Origin: Schizochytrium sp. TIO01
Lineage: Eukaryota > Protista > Bigyra: Labyrinthulomycetes
Length of the DNA: 64,000 nucleotides
Direction of reading: 5' to 3'
Assembly (NCBI GenBank): GCA_004764695.1
Contig: SMSO01000014.1
Span: forward strand, 739,648-803,647
Positions 36,528 through 50,400 of this stretch are shown in pieces. The notes under the pieces were generated by a model. The model worked only from the letters and a program-made list of their open reading frames with translations, was not told the DNA's origin and did no database searches. A program made the position numbers and the translations under genes. Positions within the stretch are counted from its first letter, which is position 1; each line of letters starts with the position of its first letter.

Positions 36528-37324
36528 CCCTCTTCGATTTTCGACTTTTTGTAGTAGCATATATCAAATAGGCTGATAAGCCATTTAGACCGAGGTTAGC
36601 GATATTCCATAAAACCTGCATATAGTGCTACAGCTACTATGTAAGGTCAAGCCTTGCAAAATGCACTCATGAGGCACGCCTGTTAATTCATTTTTGCAGA
36701 AACCTGAAAAGTGGACTGTATCGATTTGATTAGACAGAACGTGGACTGGACAGAGTGAAGCTACGAAGGTGCATTTGAGTAGGTTTTATAAATCAATGTT
36801 TATTGGGATTTCTTAGAGAGTGCAATTTAGATCATAACAACGCAAATCGCATGATTCCATTCTCATTTCAAATTAAACGTGGAGGCTGGACCCCAAGATT
36901 TGAAATGAAATGTTTATGAGAATATAAAAACGAACCATGTTTAGATGGTGGCTTTCTCAGTACACGCAATACCACACGTTGTATACATTAATCTTTCGCT
37001 TGAATACGGGTGTGTGGATATGAGTACCATTGTTGAAAGAAGATCCTGTCAACAGAAGAAAAAATAAAGAAGCAATGCGTCATGTAAAAGTAGAATGTAT
37101 TCAAGAAAGAATCTTGCAATGACCTGTATGCAAACTGAAATCATCACTGTTTGCTCTTTAACGCAAACACCTTCATTATTCTCCTCTTGGAAATCGTCCC
37201 TATCGCGTTAAATTGCTATATTAGATACTTTCTATGTCTGCATATGAAAGGCGAGACTTGCGCTGAAGCAAAGAGCTGGATTTTAAAAAAATGATACTTT
37301 ATCTTTTTACACTTTGATCCTGCA

Positions 37325-39955
37325 TTATTTGTGGAAAAGGGTGGAGAAGCCTTCATTTGCAGTGACAGAGACTGCTACAGCAGAAATGCTACTTGAAACG
37401 CGAAACATAAGATCACTGACACTGTCTTCAATACCTCTGGGATAAGCAGTAACTTCACCAGAGCTTGTTGGCCACTTTACCAACACAATGTCCACGAAAA
37501 CTGTGTATGGAGTGTTGCTGGATTCTAAAGACTGCATAAGTTTATACTTCCACATGAGCGCGAGACGAGCAGCCATATGATTGATACTCTCGTCTGGACG
37601 AGATACCAAAGTGAAAACAAAGATGAGCTCATCCCGGTTCAGTGTAGGAGCGATATCTTCTAAATCCCCATTCTCTTCAGACTCGGATTCCAAGTCCACT
37701 TCAGCATCGATGTTGAACAAGTGAAAACGCGAGAAAACATGCAAGGCGTCCACAGGCGCTTTCTTCGGAAGGGATGAATCATTAGCAAAAATCACGGAGT
37801 ACGGCAAGGTAGATGGATCTGCAAAACACACAGTGCCGTATCCACGAGTTCGGGTTGCATCGTAACCAACGTTATATACACCAGTGCCTGGGCGATTTGA
37901 GCCACGGAATTCGAACCCAACAGGTCTCCACAGTGACAAGTGTCGCGAACAAAGTCTGAAGTAGTCAGAGCGCGGAGAAATATTTCCTCGGGTTTTGACA
38001 TGGGAACGGATCTCAGAAAGGTAAATACTTCCCGAGCGCGTCACGGCTTCTTTTGCGCACATTCGAAGACGAAAAGAATCGGCGGCAATGTATGCCATCT
38101 CCTCCTCGTTTCGGGGCAGGCACGACAAACTTGCGGAATAAACTACATTAGCCCACATGTTAAGAGCAGCAATAATAATAGGGGACATGTGGACATAGAG
38201 ATTCTGCTCATCCGCTTCAAGTGCAAACAGGCCACTATGTTGGGCAGCCTCCAGAGACATATTGAGGGGGAAATCCTTGAGCCAAACATTACCAAATGTC
38301 CATGGATCAGAACTGTTCCTTACGGGCTGACGAGTAATAGCCAAAGCCAACAAATGCTTCATTGCACCAATGCTGACATTTTTCACAATCTCCAAATTTG
38401 TATGTTCAACATAGTCATCTACGGTGGTATATGTGCAAGTTGAAGCAGGGGGGAGGTTGAGAGCTGAGTGTACTTGTGAGCGCCACGTGGCATCCTTAAA
38501 GATAGACCCAAGCAAATTAAGCATATCTTTTCTTAACTCTCTTGCCCCGGCCAGATCTAGCTGTCCGTTTACAACTTTATGGGCGATCTTACCTCTTTCG
38601 AGAATCGAATCACTCAAGAATGTGTAAAATCGTGGATGGCCATCAATTTCATCCAGTAGATTTCTCACTAGATGCCCATCTCCAAGGATGATGTCTTCGA
38701 TTTCAGTTGGATCTTGCTGAGGAATGTTGCCCTCAAACTCGTAAAAAACATGAAGGGCAAACTGGCGCTCTAGACGCTCTTTAGCTTCTGGGTAAGCAGA
38801 AAACCCAGAAAGATGAATTTGCTTTGCACCTGTCACATCGCTGACAGTTGAATGGCGGTTGGTTTCCTGGTCATTGAGCTCGACGTAACTAGTCATGCCT
38901 GTGACAATAGGGTAAACACGAGTAAATTTATCACGATTGAGCTCGAGCGTCTGGGCACAGGTCTGCATCAAGGCCAGGGTTCCCTGAAGATCTTCACGAT
39001 ATTCATCAATCTGAAGGAAAATAGTATCAATCCCGAGGTCTTTTTTCAATCGACTCATGAACTGGTCTAACGTGAACTTTGTGTCGCCACACATGAGCCC
39101 TCGTAAGACCTCATCGTTTGGCATGACTCCACCTTGTAGAAGGGTAAGTAAGGTTGCAATCATGAAGCACTTGCCGTTGACTCGTCTTTGTGTGTTCGTG
39201 AAAAAGGCAGACCTGAGACCGGGAAGCTGCCTCATACAACGCATAAGGAAAATGCCTTTCTGCCCGCTCTTTTGGAGCATTCGGATGCTTGTGATTGAGA
39301 GTTCATATCCAAGCCGAGTCTTACCTGCTCCTGACGGACCTTTGATGATCGGGAAGTAGAAGTGCTGCGGACTAATGTACCGCTGGTTGATAAGACGCTT
39401 AGTAGTACTTCGCATTCGCGCAAATGCTGGTTCCGTCATTTCACTCATAATGTAATTTACGAAGTCGAAGTGGTCTCGGTCAAGATCCTCTTCTAACTCT
39501 GTTGTTGACTCGGGAAGGTCCAGACTTGAAAGTTCAAGAGAGTCGAACTTAGTACTTGTGTCAAAACGCATCGTGAGTGCGTCTAAGACTTCGTTCTGCT
39601 CCATCTCGCTGCAGCTATCCTGTAAGAAAACAATGTCAAAGAGAACGTACGAAATGACTTTACGGAGGCTCCAGCCTTCACCAATATACCGCAATATGAA
39701 GAAGACAGCGGACTTTGTAGCAAGGTTATAGTCTGAGTTACGAAGGTTCAGAATACAAAAAACGAACTCTGCAAGTTGCTCGTGCTCTATAGCTTGCTCA
39801 AGCTCCTGTTTATCTGGATATTCCTGCTCGAGAGAGTCAATGATGAGGCCAACGTAATTTCCTTCGGGCGGATCAGCGCTATTCACAGCTCTCAGAACGT
39901 CTTCGACCAGGACAGTTTCCTCTTCACTAAACAAATATTCTACGATCACGCTCAT
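37325..39955 (-). CDS. P-loop NTPase of Crinkler/CR-NTPase (STAND-like) type with C-terminal degenerate restriction-endonuclease-like region
   Basis: Walker A PIIKGPSGAGKT, Walker B IFLQIDEY, sensor-like VYPIVTG, and DGHPRF (GxP motif). The C-terminal region has EEEMAYIAADSFRLR and FAND...APVDALHVF. First ATG 39955, intronless. The NTPase is well supported; the Crinkler/REase assignment is inference. Confidence 0.7.
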   Translation of the reverse strand: MSVIVEYLFSEEETVLVEDVLRAVNSADPPEGNYVGLIIDSLEQEYPDKQELEQAIEHEQLAEFVFCILNLRNSDYNLATKSAVFFILRYIGEGWSLRKVISYVLFDIVFLQDSCSEMEQNEVLDALTMRFDTSTKFDSLELSSLDLPESTTELEEDLDRDHFDFVNYIMSEMTEPAFARMRSTTKRLINQRYISPQHFYFPIIKGPSGAGKTRLGYELSITSIRMLQKSGQKGIFLMRCMRQLPGLRSAFFTNTQRRVNGKCFMIATLLTLLQGGVMPNDEVLRGLMCGDTKFTLDQFMSRLKKDLGIDTIFLQIDEYREDLQGTLALMQTCAQTLELNRDKFTRVYPIVTGMTSYVELNDQETNRHSTVSDVTGAKQIHLSGFSAYPEAKERLERQFALHVFYEFEGNIPQQDPTEIEDIILGDGHLVRNLLDEIDGHPRFYTFLSDSILERGKIAHKVVNGQLDLAGARELRKDMLNLLGSIFKDATWRSQVHSALNLPPASTCTYTTVDDYVEHTNLEIVKNVSIGAMKHLLALAITRQPVRNSSDPWTFGNVWLKDFPLNMSLEAAQHSGLFALEADEQNLYVHMSPIIIAALNMWANVVYSASLSCLPRNEEEMAYIAADSFRLRMCAKEAVTRSGSIYLSEIRSHVKTRGNISPRSDYFRLCSRHLSLWRPVGFEFRGSNRPGTGVYNVGYDATRTRGYGTVCFADPSTLPYSVIFANDSSLPKKAPVDALHVFSRFHLFNIDAEVDLESESEENGDLEDIAPTLNRDELIFVFTLVSRPDESINHMAARLALMWKYKLMQSLESSNTPYTVFVDIVLVKWPTSSGEVTAYPRGIEDSVSDLMFRVSSSISAVAVSVTANEGFSTLFHK

Positions 39956-42900
39956 GAGTGAGAACAAGCCAAGCACAACCTCACCTCAGATGGGTATGGG
40001 ATGTTTTGGGATTGGTTGTGGAACCGATACTCGATACAAACTTAAATGTAATGTCTCAGCATTCCGGATTTGCTGATTGCTTGATCTTCAAGATTTGTAG
40101 AATTTATGAGCATAGGTACTTGTATTTGTGGGAAGTTGAAGCGAGTACAATCGTTCCTCTCACATTCGGGTCACTTAAAAAAAATATTAGGTAGTAGTTT
40201 TACGATCGCCATAGCAGTCACGTGAGCTTGTAGGACAACATTTACAAAGGCCAAGCAGACAGATCCAAATAATTGGGCTCCTCGAGCGAGGGAACATGTT
40301 CAATCGAGCTGCTCCAGGGCTCTGGGCTACCTAGTGTTTAGACAAATTGGAGAATCGAGTGCCCGGTTCATGGTACATGTCGCGGTCGTTTCGCCACGCT
40401 TGAGATCTCCGAGCAAGCTAATGATATCTAGCAGAGTCCTACTTCCGACGCAAGACCGTGACTCTTTTGGCTTCGACGCACACCCCATTCGAGTTTCACG
40501 CGCCGAGCATTCTGGAAAGTGGTTTGAGCTTGTGGCTTCGTTTTGAGTTTATTGATTGCGAAGCATGAACCCCCCTCCCGCTGCCGGGCAATAGCAGTAG
40601 TAGTAGGATCTCCTATCTTGGTGGGGATTATATTATCATCGTCGATTCATGTATTATTATGAAGGTTGATAAGGGAGACATCACGGAGGTGTGCGCTACT
40701 AGCTAGTAGCACCTTTATTCAAACGATTACAAATCCACAAAGTCAGAGGCTGCGACCAGCTTGCATTTATCAAAGCCGTTGCAAATTAGGAAGCCCGATT
40801 TTTCCACACACCGGTGTTTCCCAGCATGATTGTCTTTCCTATTACTACGTGCTACAGAAACAACACGTGAAAAACATTGATAAATGAAAGACCAGAGCTA
40901 GTCCCATTAGGGCACCCGTTATCTTGTGGGGGGGCGGCAGGCTATCTCACAGCAACTTTCGATCCAAACCTTTCAAGTTATGAGTAATTTGTGAGGAAAC
41001 TATGGTCACCAATCCTCTCTAAGAGTTTTGTTACAATAGCATGGTGTGTTTGAAGCTCCTCTACCGCATGATGCCAGGGCCAACCTTGGTGTGCGCTTTG
41101 CCTCCAGGCTTCAGCTAGGACAGTATACTACTGAAAATCCTCAAAAGATCTTTTCGGAGATCGAGTAACTTTCCTACTGCAAGGACTTGAGTTTTCATCA
41201 CCAAGAAATTCACTTGCGAAGTAAAAGAAAATTCTGCTTCATAGCTTAATTGCAACGTAAAAGGCTCCATGAAGAAGCATGATCTAAGTTAGGGATTCTT
41301 TTTTAGTGACTCTATATCTGCCCAACAATTAATTCAGATTTTGTTATCCACGTTCTATAATTGCGCCTGTGGAACCAAATGATTGTGTGCCTTGGCCTCT
41401 CAAAATTTCTACTTCTTTCAAGTTATCCTTCAGGACCTATATTGGTTAGGTAAAACCTCTGACGATCTCGTATTCGCGGAATTATCCGAACCGTGATCCT
41501 AAAATCTACAAGAATCTATTTAAGTGAATTTGTAAAATACTAACGCGGGTCTTGGCGCCATGAAACGTGACATTGTTGAGAGCAAGTATCAGGCTCGCAG
41601 TATGCGGGCAATATTGGCAGGCCATCAGTTTCACGAAACACCTTCTAGGCATAAGACGGTTTGTCAATTTCGAAGAAATTTAGATTCGCCAAGCCGAATT
41701 ACTACCAAAAACTAAGGTGAGTCCAAGTACCTTTTAGGGCTAATGATGCCAATCTGTCACAATATAAATTAGATTTGCCAGGGAATCAGCATTTTGAGAT
41801 CATCATTGATCATGTTAGACATAATAGCTCATGCACATCGAGAATTTATGTGTATACCTACTATGAAACGATTATGCAAAAGCGAACACATCATGTATTT
41901 GTCCTCGACAGCGACTGGACATGTAATGCGAACGTCATTTTTGAATATAAACTAGTGTATGGAAGTAGTGGCTCGTAAAACATGAAAAGATGAGCCTTGG
42001 ATGTGAAAAAAGTTCTTGAGAAAGTTATATATGAGCCATGGAGGATATACGTGCCGAAAGCTGACCTGTGAGGATGATTAATGAAGATAGTGTTGTCAAG
42101 GATTAGAGGTCGAGCATAGTAACGCATGAAGGCTTAGTAGTTCTGACTAGTGGATCAGCGACCTATCTACCTTGGTACAGTGTCCCAGCTCTTGCAATCA
42201 TTATAGTTGATAAGCATTTATGACGTATTATGGATTTAGACATGGTTCGAAGACATCAGATGAGGTGAGAGTTTCTCACAGACTTTTTGCCGTTGATGTT
42301 AGTTTCGTTTATTTGCAATTTGTCGAGAGTGCTTAGGGATTATTTTAGAATTTTGAATTAGTGGCTTAGGAATCATGCGATACATTTTCTGACGTTTCGC
42401 AAAGCAAAATTCTCCAAAGGATATCCCTTAGCAGTGCTGCAACTACCTACTCTCCCGATGATCGATGCCAGCGATTTGTACGTCTTTCAGACAATCCGCG
42501 AAATAGGATTTTAATGCAGATGCTGCACCATAGACAATACTCTCGGGACTGTTGCTGCTGAAAGGTGATTCTTACAAAAAATACTGATTCCGTATTAACC
42601 TGATTATATACACTTGCGTAAATACTCCTGGTGTTCAGAGATATCAAGTACGTTACTTGTATGACAATTTTATGCTCCTTCTTGAAATTGCTGAAGCTCT
42701 TTCAAATCTCCAAAGCTTGCAGATGCAGAGTGACTACATGTTTCTTCACATGTTCAAGTGAATTCGTTGGTACTGTTAATATACAATTTATAACTCCAGT
42801 CCCGGAGAGCGTAGACGCTAGCTGGAGGATTATGTGCAAAACACTTCAACAGAATCTCTAGCAAATCAGTGTAGACCTTCAAGGTCTATAGGAAAAGCAC

Positions 42901-45750
42901 CTGCTGAGAGTTAAGGGTGCGCATTGTAAATGGCATGTGTTTTATAGATTGTTGTTACCTAAATATTTAAAAAAGAGGTTGAAAATATACGTTTGAAAAT
43001 TGTGAGGGTGCTTCGATGTCTCAAGAATGCTATGCAATATAAACCACTTCCATTTAATTAGCAAAATACATCTTGGAGTTCATCTCCGCGGTTTGTTAAA
43101 TAGTACTTCCTTAAGTCCCTTACGTCGAAGTTTACAATGCATTCTCGAGTCTACTTCAAACTTCTGAACATCTTGAATTTACTTGCATGTCTAATAGTTG
43201 CCCAGATATTATATTTAGCCAAGGAAATGTCACAAAGCTGCTAAATCCTATGACAATTTATACAAGGGGTATAGAAATGTTAGATAGTTCTTCCAGTCAG
43301 GGATTTCAAATAGAGAGCATAGGAACATAGTGCCATTTTAATACTCACTTAGTCTTTACAGTCGCTACAACGAAGCCAGCGTGAGGAGTTCTGATCCTTC
43401 GAGGAGCTCTTTTCTTGGATCAAAAGGGAATAATACCATTGTGAGTCCCCTTAAAGCCATGATTTGAGTATGCCCTTGATATTGTTCTATTGTTCATAGC
43501 TAAATATTCTGGAACATCGAATTAGAACGGCGAAACATGGTTTTGCATATTCATCACCAACACTTGAATGAGTGAAGGACAAGGAGTAAAATCTAGTACA
43601 CTTTACGAAGGGCATGGAATCGAAATTGGTTTACAATATACTGTCATCTACGTTTATTGTATTCGAGACAACACTTCATCAAATAATAAATAAACCCCCT
43701 TTAAGTTTTATCTTGCTGATTGATGATTTCCTGAATGTATTTTTTTGGTATGAAGAGCGTCCTACTTAATTTATTGGCCTGAACCGATGAAGGTAATCAG
43801 CGTTCAAATCCTCTTCAAACTAATGAAAACAGAAATAAGCCAGCAAACATGCTATCTTTGCTCCTACCTACGGGGGGGAGAAATGTGCTCTTCTTCCCGA
43901 GAGCTCTGGCTAGTCAGGTAACAATCTCCCTTGCAGGGTTTAAGTTCTATCTTCAGCTGTCATGCTAGGTTGAATGCTGGTTGTACAAAACTCGATTAGT
44001 CAGCCCTTTTCAGGGTGCTGTGCGTCTTTAAATTCGATAGGGAACCCAACATCTCCAGTCGATTCCCAATAATACATGGTAATAGTACACCAGGAGAATT
44101 GAAAAAGTAGGGTTCTGTACGGAATTAGAGCGTCTTTTGTCTCTGGTTTCAAGCTCTTCAATTAGTCTTTTTAAGAATTACATCTTCTGTAGACGCTCAG
44201 GCCAAGAAAACTCTCCACCCCACATTGATACAATTTTAAATTGTCGCATGCAGGCGCGTGCGCGTGGATTATCAACGGGGCGTTACGTTGCCATGATATT
44301 CTACCTCGATTATAACTAAGTGCCCTTTTTCAAAGTACCTTTCGTCAAGTTTCTCTCACGATGCACGTGTTTTGACTTGAGGTTTTTACCCATGGAAAAT
44401 GATTGCCTCTTGCATGTGAGTGTTCTCGCGACAAGTCTTTGTGCACTAGATAATGCTTATTATTCGTCCACACTTCAAGAATGTGCCGGCAAGAGGTCAG
44501 ATTTCCAAATGACGCCCTGTAGACTTTTCTTCTCCAGAAATATAATTGAGTAGCGCCACAGCGGAGCGTGGAACTGCGTGCTAAATCTTTGCGTTTCGCT
44601 CCACTTTCCCCTCATCATTCCCAGCGCCATTGATTTTTGCTGCCACGCAACCAGCTTTCAGACCACCATCGCCTCAAGGTCACTCAATCAATCATTCAAT
44701 TACCCCTTGTACGCGTGCAAGGCGCATTCTTTCGCAGCCAAAAATGCTGCTCATCTGCCAACTGAGCAAAGGGCTCACTCGAAGGTAAGTCGTTCCTCAA
44801 TTTGCATTAAGCGCTCGCTGCCTCTTTTGTTTTTTTTGCAATGCCGCACCCCATTTCCATCTCAGGTCCACTTTCACAAGCCTTAGAATGAATTCTGCGA
44901 AATTCCGCTGCTGCTGCTGCTCCTGGTCGCAAGCTACCCCCGAGTCGATCGCTCGCGTGCTGGCACGCTTGGTGTGTACCGCACGGGGAACCCGCACGAG
45001 GCATGCTGCGGCGTTTGATTTCCTCTTTCGGGGCGAGAAAAGTATTTTTAATTCTTCTTCTTTCTCTCCTTCGCCTTATCAGTGCGGGGGTCAAGGAAGG
45101 TGTTTCTGAAAGAAGAGACTGCCTTCCTGTCTTCTTAGTAGCAAGAACCCCTTTGAAGAAGACGCCATGAGCCGTGAGTTGAGTCGTTCGTTCGCTCCCT
45201 TGAGACATATACATACAAACATACATACGTACGTACACATACGTTCTTGCTTTTGCAATGCCGACCAATTGCGCTGCCAAGCAGGACAAACAAAGCTCGA
45301 GGTCTCCGAACTTGTTGTTTGTTGAAAGTAGGCGAAACAGCGCATGAGATCGACAAGTGAACCTCGTGTCGTGGCTTCGAAGTCGATCTTTTCTGGGAGA
45401 AACCTGCGGACTTTATGTGCGCCCATCGTGGGATTGATGGCATATTAGCGTGTGCCTTCTAAGTCATCTCATCCTTCGAAGTCGCAAGCTTTGCCAAGTT
45501 TGAGGGGCTTGAAGTTAGTTGCTTGCTTTGGCGGCATTCGTTCATTCATTTGGCTCAAGGCGCAGAGTCGCAATCGAGCCATGAGGGCGCACGCCGGAAG
45601 AGCAAGCCAAAATGCGGCAGGCATTTTGTTGGGCTGTTCTGCAGATCGATAGCAAGAGAGCGGCGTCTGTGATGTGTTACTTTTGGTGTTGAAAGTGGTG
45701 ATCTGAACGGATACTTTGGCACCACCCAATCAATAATCTTCTGCAAAGCA

Positions 45751-45781
45751 AAAGAAAGGAAAAGAAAGGAAAAGAAAGGAA

Positions 45782-45812
<31 letters not shown>
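45751..45812 (+). repeat. (AAAAGAAAGG)n/(GAAA)n purine microsatellite
   Basis: Directly visible. Confidence 0.9.
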
Positions 45813-45813
<1 letters not shown>

Positions 45814-47339
45814 GCGCCTTCTTTTCGTTTTCGTTTTCTATAGAAAGACTTATTTTAATTAAAGTTATAAATTATTAAGACTAAATACTGAAATAAATTG
45901 AAATAAAAATAAGTTGGAAAAAGTTATAAAAAATATTTTTAATTTAAAAACTCACTCGAAGAAAATATAGCAAAAGGAAAAGTAGGGAATGTTATAAAAA
46001 GCAACAGCGTGGCAAGTGGAGTCTTTCCTTTTGCAAGATGTTTTTACAGAACCTCCACGCCTCTGCATAATAAAACAACCCAGAGAGAACATAGAAGCGA
46101 GCAGAAACGTGAGTCACATACATATTTCCTTGCCTCCTTTAAAGTCTCAGATCACCCATCATTCTTATTGTGGCACACTGTGGGTCTACAGTTTTGGTTT
46201 CTTTCGTTTTGTTTTTATTTGTTTTCTAAGAAAGACGGCATCGTCGGTATACCTTACTTACTACTAAGCATGTCATGCTCTCTCTCGGTACATGGTGGTG
46301 CAGCCTTAGCACGCGTTCGCCCTACTTCGTCAGACGTCATTCATCTCGATGACGATTCCTTCTGCACCTAGAAACCTAAGTACCTAAATGCCGCACTGGT
46401 GCTTTTCCAATGCTCCAAATTTATCTCAAAATAAGTCAAAGCAACGATTTCAATGGCAGGCTTTCCGAGCTGTTCGTGTATTGATTGCATTCTCCCGAGT
46501 TATTGAGCCAACAAACCTTCCTCAGTAAGCAGAGACAGAGAGAGAGACTTTGATATCGTACTTCTTACGTCACCCAAAGTCTCCTCTTTCTGCTCGTTAG
46601 TTCCCAAAGTTCTCCATCTTCACATACTTATTCATAGATAACCAGGGATTAAGGAGGTAGTGATGGCAATATAACACTAGCTCGCGCTGATCCAATCGAT
46701 CACTTGTCAACGCCGTGAAAGAAGACTCATGTCGATTGAAGTTCAACTCGGGGTTCAACATCCTGAAAGTTATGTCTGGTGTTTGTCAGACGTTTCTAGT
46801 TCCAGGCCCTCGCTGAAGCGAACTTTCTTCAGCGCGATAATCGCCAGAACAGAGGTAAGTTAGTGCTCCTCAGCTATCAGCTCAGTAGCGGCTCATCCCG
46901 ACCTCACTCCGCGAAACGTAACGTTCCGGACACACACGTGTGCTGTGATCTAAGTAGACGAATTATGAACGTCGATACCGTGAATGCTCCTGCCTAAATA
47001 GATGTTGAAAGGTACCCGCCAACAATGTCTATTCCCAACTTGGAAACCACTCCCAATGGAAGTGGTAGGAGATCCTCGTTTCCAGGAGCTTATTTGCTTC
47101 GACGTGGACTTGCTTATGACAACAATCTCAGCAGAAACTGGCTGCTCCTGAAGAAGCTCTTGAAGAAGATCGGTCGGTCTTCAGATTCCATTTCGCAGCT
47201 AACTTCTTAAAAGTCCTTCGTGCGTGTTCTTCAGTATCGTCCGTGCGATGCCTCGGACTTTCTCGCTGCGGCGCAATCAGTGCCACGGCCATTGTTTGGC
47301 CCTCCGCTGCATTACACCTCCACATTTATGACCATCTTG

Positions 47340-47420
47340 ATATTTCTATGTTTCTGTATTTCTATTCTATATTTCTGTATTTCTATTTCTGTATTTCTGT
47401 ATTTCTGTGTTTCTGTATTT
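47340..47420 (+). repeat. Degenerate 8-mer tandem repeat (TATTTCTG)n
   Basis: Directly visible. Confidence 0.9.
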
Positions 47421-50400
47421 GTATGATGTTTGCTCACGTACAAATGGACAGCTCTCGATGTACAGCGCGACATTGCCAATTAGATTATTATCATAAAACG
47501 AGGCCCTTCATTGCTCCGTCATCTTCCCCCGAGATGGTTTATACTTACTGCTTACTACTGATTTCTATCGACGTGATCTCTACTGACTGTGTTAGAACTA
47601 CTACCAGTTCTTCGTATTCTCCGCGTCATCAGAGCAGAGCTGCTGCTGCTTCTCCTTATAGTATATAGTAAGTAGCCTTCTACCTAGCTAATTGATCATT
47701 GGGGCTCAGTAAATAAAAACAAAGAATTGATTTAATTAATTAATTAATTAATTTAAAAAAAAAAAAAAAAAACACGCCAAAATGGAGACAATCGATCTCT
47801 GCCAAGACATACGCAGATCTTGACAATTGAACTAATTTCTGTGCTCAGGACGCTCAGGGTCATCTGGATGCTGAACCTGGAGGGTTTGTTGCGGGGTGCA
47901 TTACGAGCTCGGCTCTGCCCGGCTGCTCGGCCAGATCCACGGCAGACACGGCGAGAGAAATCTCAGGTGGAGAGACAATCTATCTATCGCTGATTCTTTC
48001 CTTGGCCAGACCTGTGTTTTTCTCTCGGCGTTCTTTGTTCGGCGCTTAGTGCGGGCACCTCCGATTCTGTGGGTCCATGTCCTCCTTTGTGGGACCAGCC
48101 TTGGGCAGCTTCTTCATTCCCATCATCTCTATTATTATCCAAGTATCTAATTGTTTATAGGTTGTCAGCAATTAAAAAAATAGAAGAGTAAAGTATTCTC
48201 ATTGTTTTTCATCGTTGCGTGTGATAAATAAACAGACAGATACATCTCTATATTTATAGAGAGATAGATAGATACAGACCATGCCTGAAAGCCTTTTGGA
48301 GAGGCTGCGCGGGCGTTTTCCCGCGGGAGAACTCGCAGGAAACGAGGAAAAGTCCTTCGGCTGCAGCCTCGAACCATTCTCAATCATCGCGATTCGTTGC
48401 GGACAGTCTGAGGACTCAGTGACGGCGCTGTTGGCGGGAATGAAGAACCGCCCTTCTTGGCTGAGCCATGGCATGGCACTCCTTCATTCCTTCATTCCTT
48501 CATTCGTTCGTTACAATACATATTTTATAATAGTTTAAATTTAACAAACTAGAGTACTTCGATCTATTTATACGTATTTACTGACTTACTTATTCTTTCT
48601 CTGCCCTGATTCGATTTCCGCACCTCGTGCCGTGAGCCAAAGTCTCGGCTAGTAGTTCCTATAGTTTAGGATAGGAGGCCCCGTGCGCCTGCTTCTCTGT
48701 CCTCTCTTTTCCGCGAGCAAATTTCAAAAAGGAAAAGACAAGCTCTGAAAGGAAAGAAGAATTGGGAAGAGGCTGTTCTATCAATTCTTCGTTCCTTCGT
48801 TCGTTCGCTCGCTCGTTCGTTCGGGTCTACTTTAGTCTCAGCATATGTATCTTGAAAGAAATGGAGGTCATGCAGATAACCCTTTGCACCCATCAGTAGA
48901 TATTGCGAATTGTGTGATAGAGGCGACCTTTCCTTTCTTTCAAGACAACACGCCCAGCAAAGTCTTCATTTTAAAAATTAAAATAATAATAAAATACAAA
49001 CAAAAAGATGAAAAACATTTTATTCTTTATTTTTAAAGTTAAATTATATAAAGAACTTGTTCTAAAGTCGTTATAAACCAGCAATAGTGAAAAGATAGCC
49101 AAAAGTAAAACAATCCTAGAAAGGCAATCATATCGCCCTAACTAATTGAAGCAGAGGGCTAAAAAAGGGCTCTCTAGCGCACTACCCAGAGCGTAGTTGT
49201 GCCTATCTAGGTGCTACCTGCTTATCTAGCCAACCAATAGGTGCACTTCGCAGTGCAGTGCACGAGAGGGCGTAAGAAATGCAGTACGAGCAAAGAAAAA
49301 GAAAAGCCAACTCACCCATTCATTCACTCATTCACTCACTCACTCATTGCTCATTGCTCACTCATCGATCGCTGCTCTTCTTCTCTTCAATCACAGTCCG
49401 TCTACTGCAGAAGCAGAAGTAGTGGCGCCTAAATATCCCCTATTGGAGCCATCCTGCGATGAGAAGATGATGCATTGCGATCAATTAACTACTTAATTAA
49501 TCATTTTAAAACTTATTTTAAAACGTGATCAGAGAGTCAGTGTGCACTCCGTCAGTAGAATTAGAAGGCTGACAGGATGGCGATGATACATTGCTTCGCG
49601 ACGAAGACATGGTGCAACTCGATTCATTCTTTCGATATTCTCTCCAATTCTCTTCGCTCCGCTCCATTTGCATGCAAAGCAGAGCGAAGTCGCCTGTGAC
49701 GTCCCGATGAGCTCTGCCTCCACGCTTTATTGCTGCAAAGGATCGTCGTCCGTTTAGCCACGAAGAGTCTGCAGATCAGCAATATGTATGTATGCATGTA
49801 TTTATTAGTGCTAGTTTAGTTGTTATGATGTACTACCGTACCCACGGCTAAGAGGCGCTACTAAGGTATCCTTAAGCAGGCAGGAAAGAGGGAGCGCGCG
49901 AAAGAGAAATCGCCGCAAAGAAAAGAAAAGCGGAAAGAATGAGAGAGAGACTGTCGATCGCTACAGACGCCAGAGCCCAGGCACTTCTGCTACCAGACCA
50001 GCCCCAGCAGCAGAGTTATTAAGAATAGGTTGATACTCATTCCTGTAGCAACATGCCACCCAAAGCGTCTCGCCAGGCTCTCATGCTTGCGCTTATCTGT
50101 TTTGCTTTCCCCTTCAAATCGAGGGGTTCACATATTTTTTGTTTTATTTTCTATTATTTTGGGCACAGAGACAATTGAAAGGCTGAATGGAGATACGTAT
50201 GATAATCCTAATGAGCGACGTTTCACAACAGAAAAAGAAGAGGCGATAATAAAACGAAGGGCGCGGTTCTTCGTGGGCTATAGAGAATATGCATATTTAT
50301 TTATATACGTGAAGGAGCAAATCAAATTGATTGAGACGGTGAAACTTCAAAAGGAGATAGTAGCGGCATCGGTCCTTTTGATGTTGTTGCGCTTTTCTTC

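Noticed and set aside
39976-40110. Frame upstream of the NTPase gene is interrupted only by TGA codons, hinting at TGA recoding
   Set aside because: Short and not clearly protein-like; VMA21 uses TGA as a true stop
46811-46834. 8-bp perfect hairpin cgctgaag...cttcagcg
   Set aside because: Expected by chance in 64 kb; no associated feature
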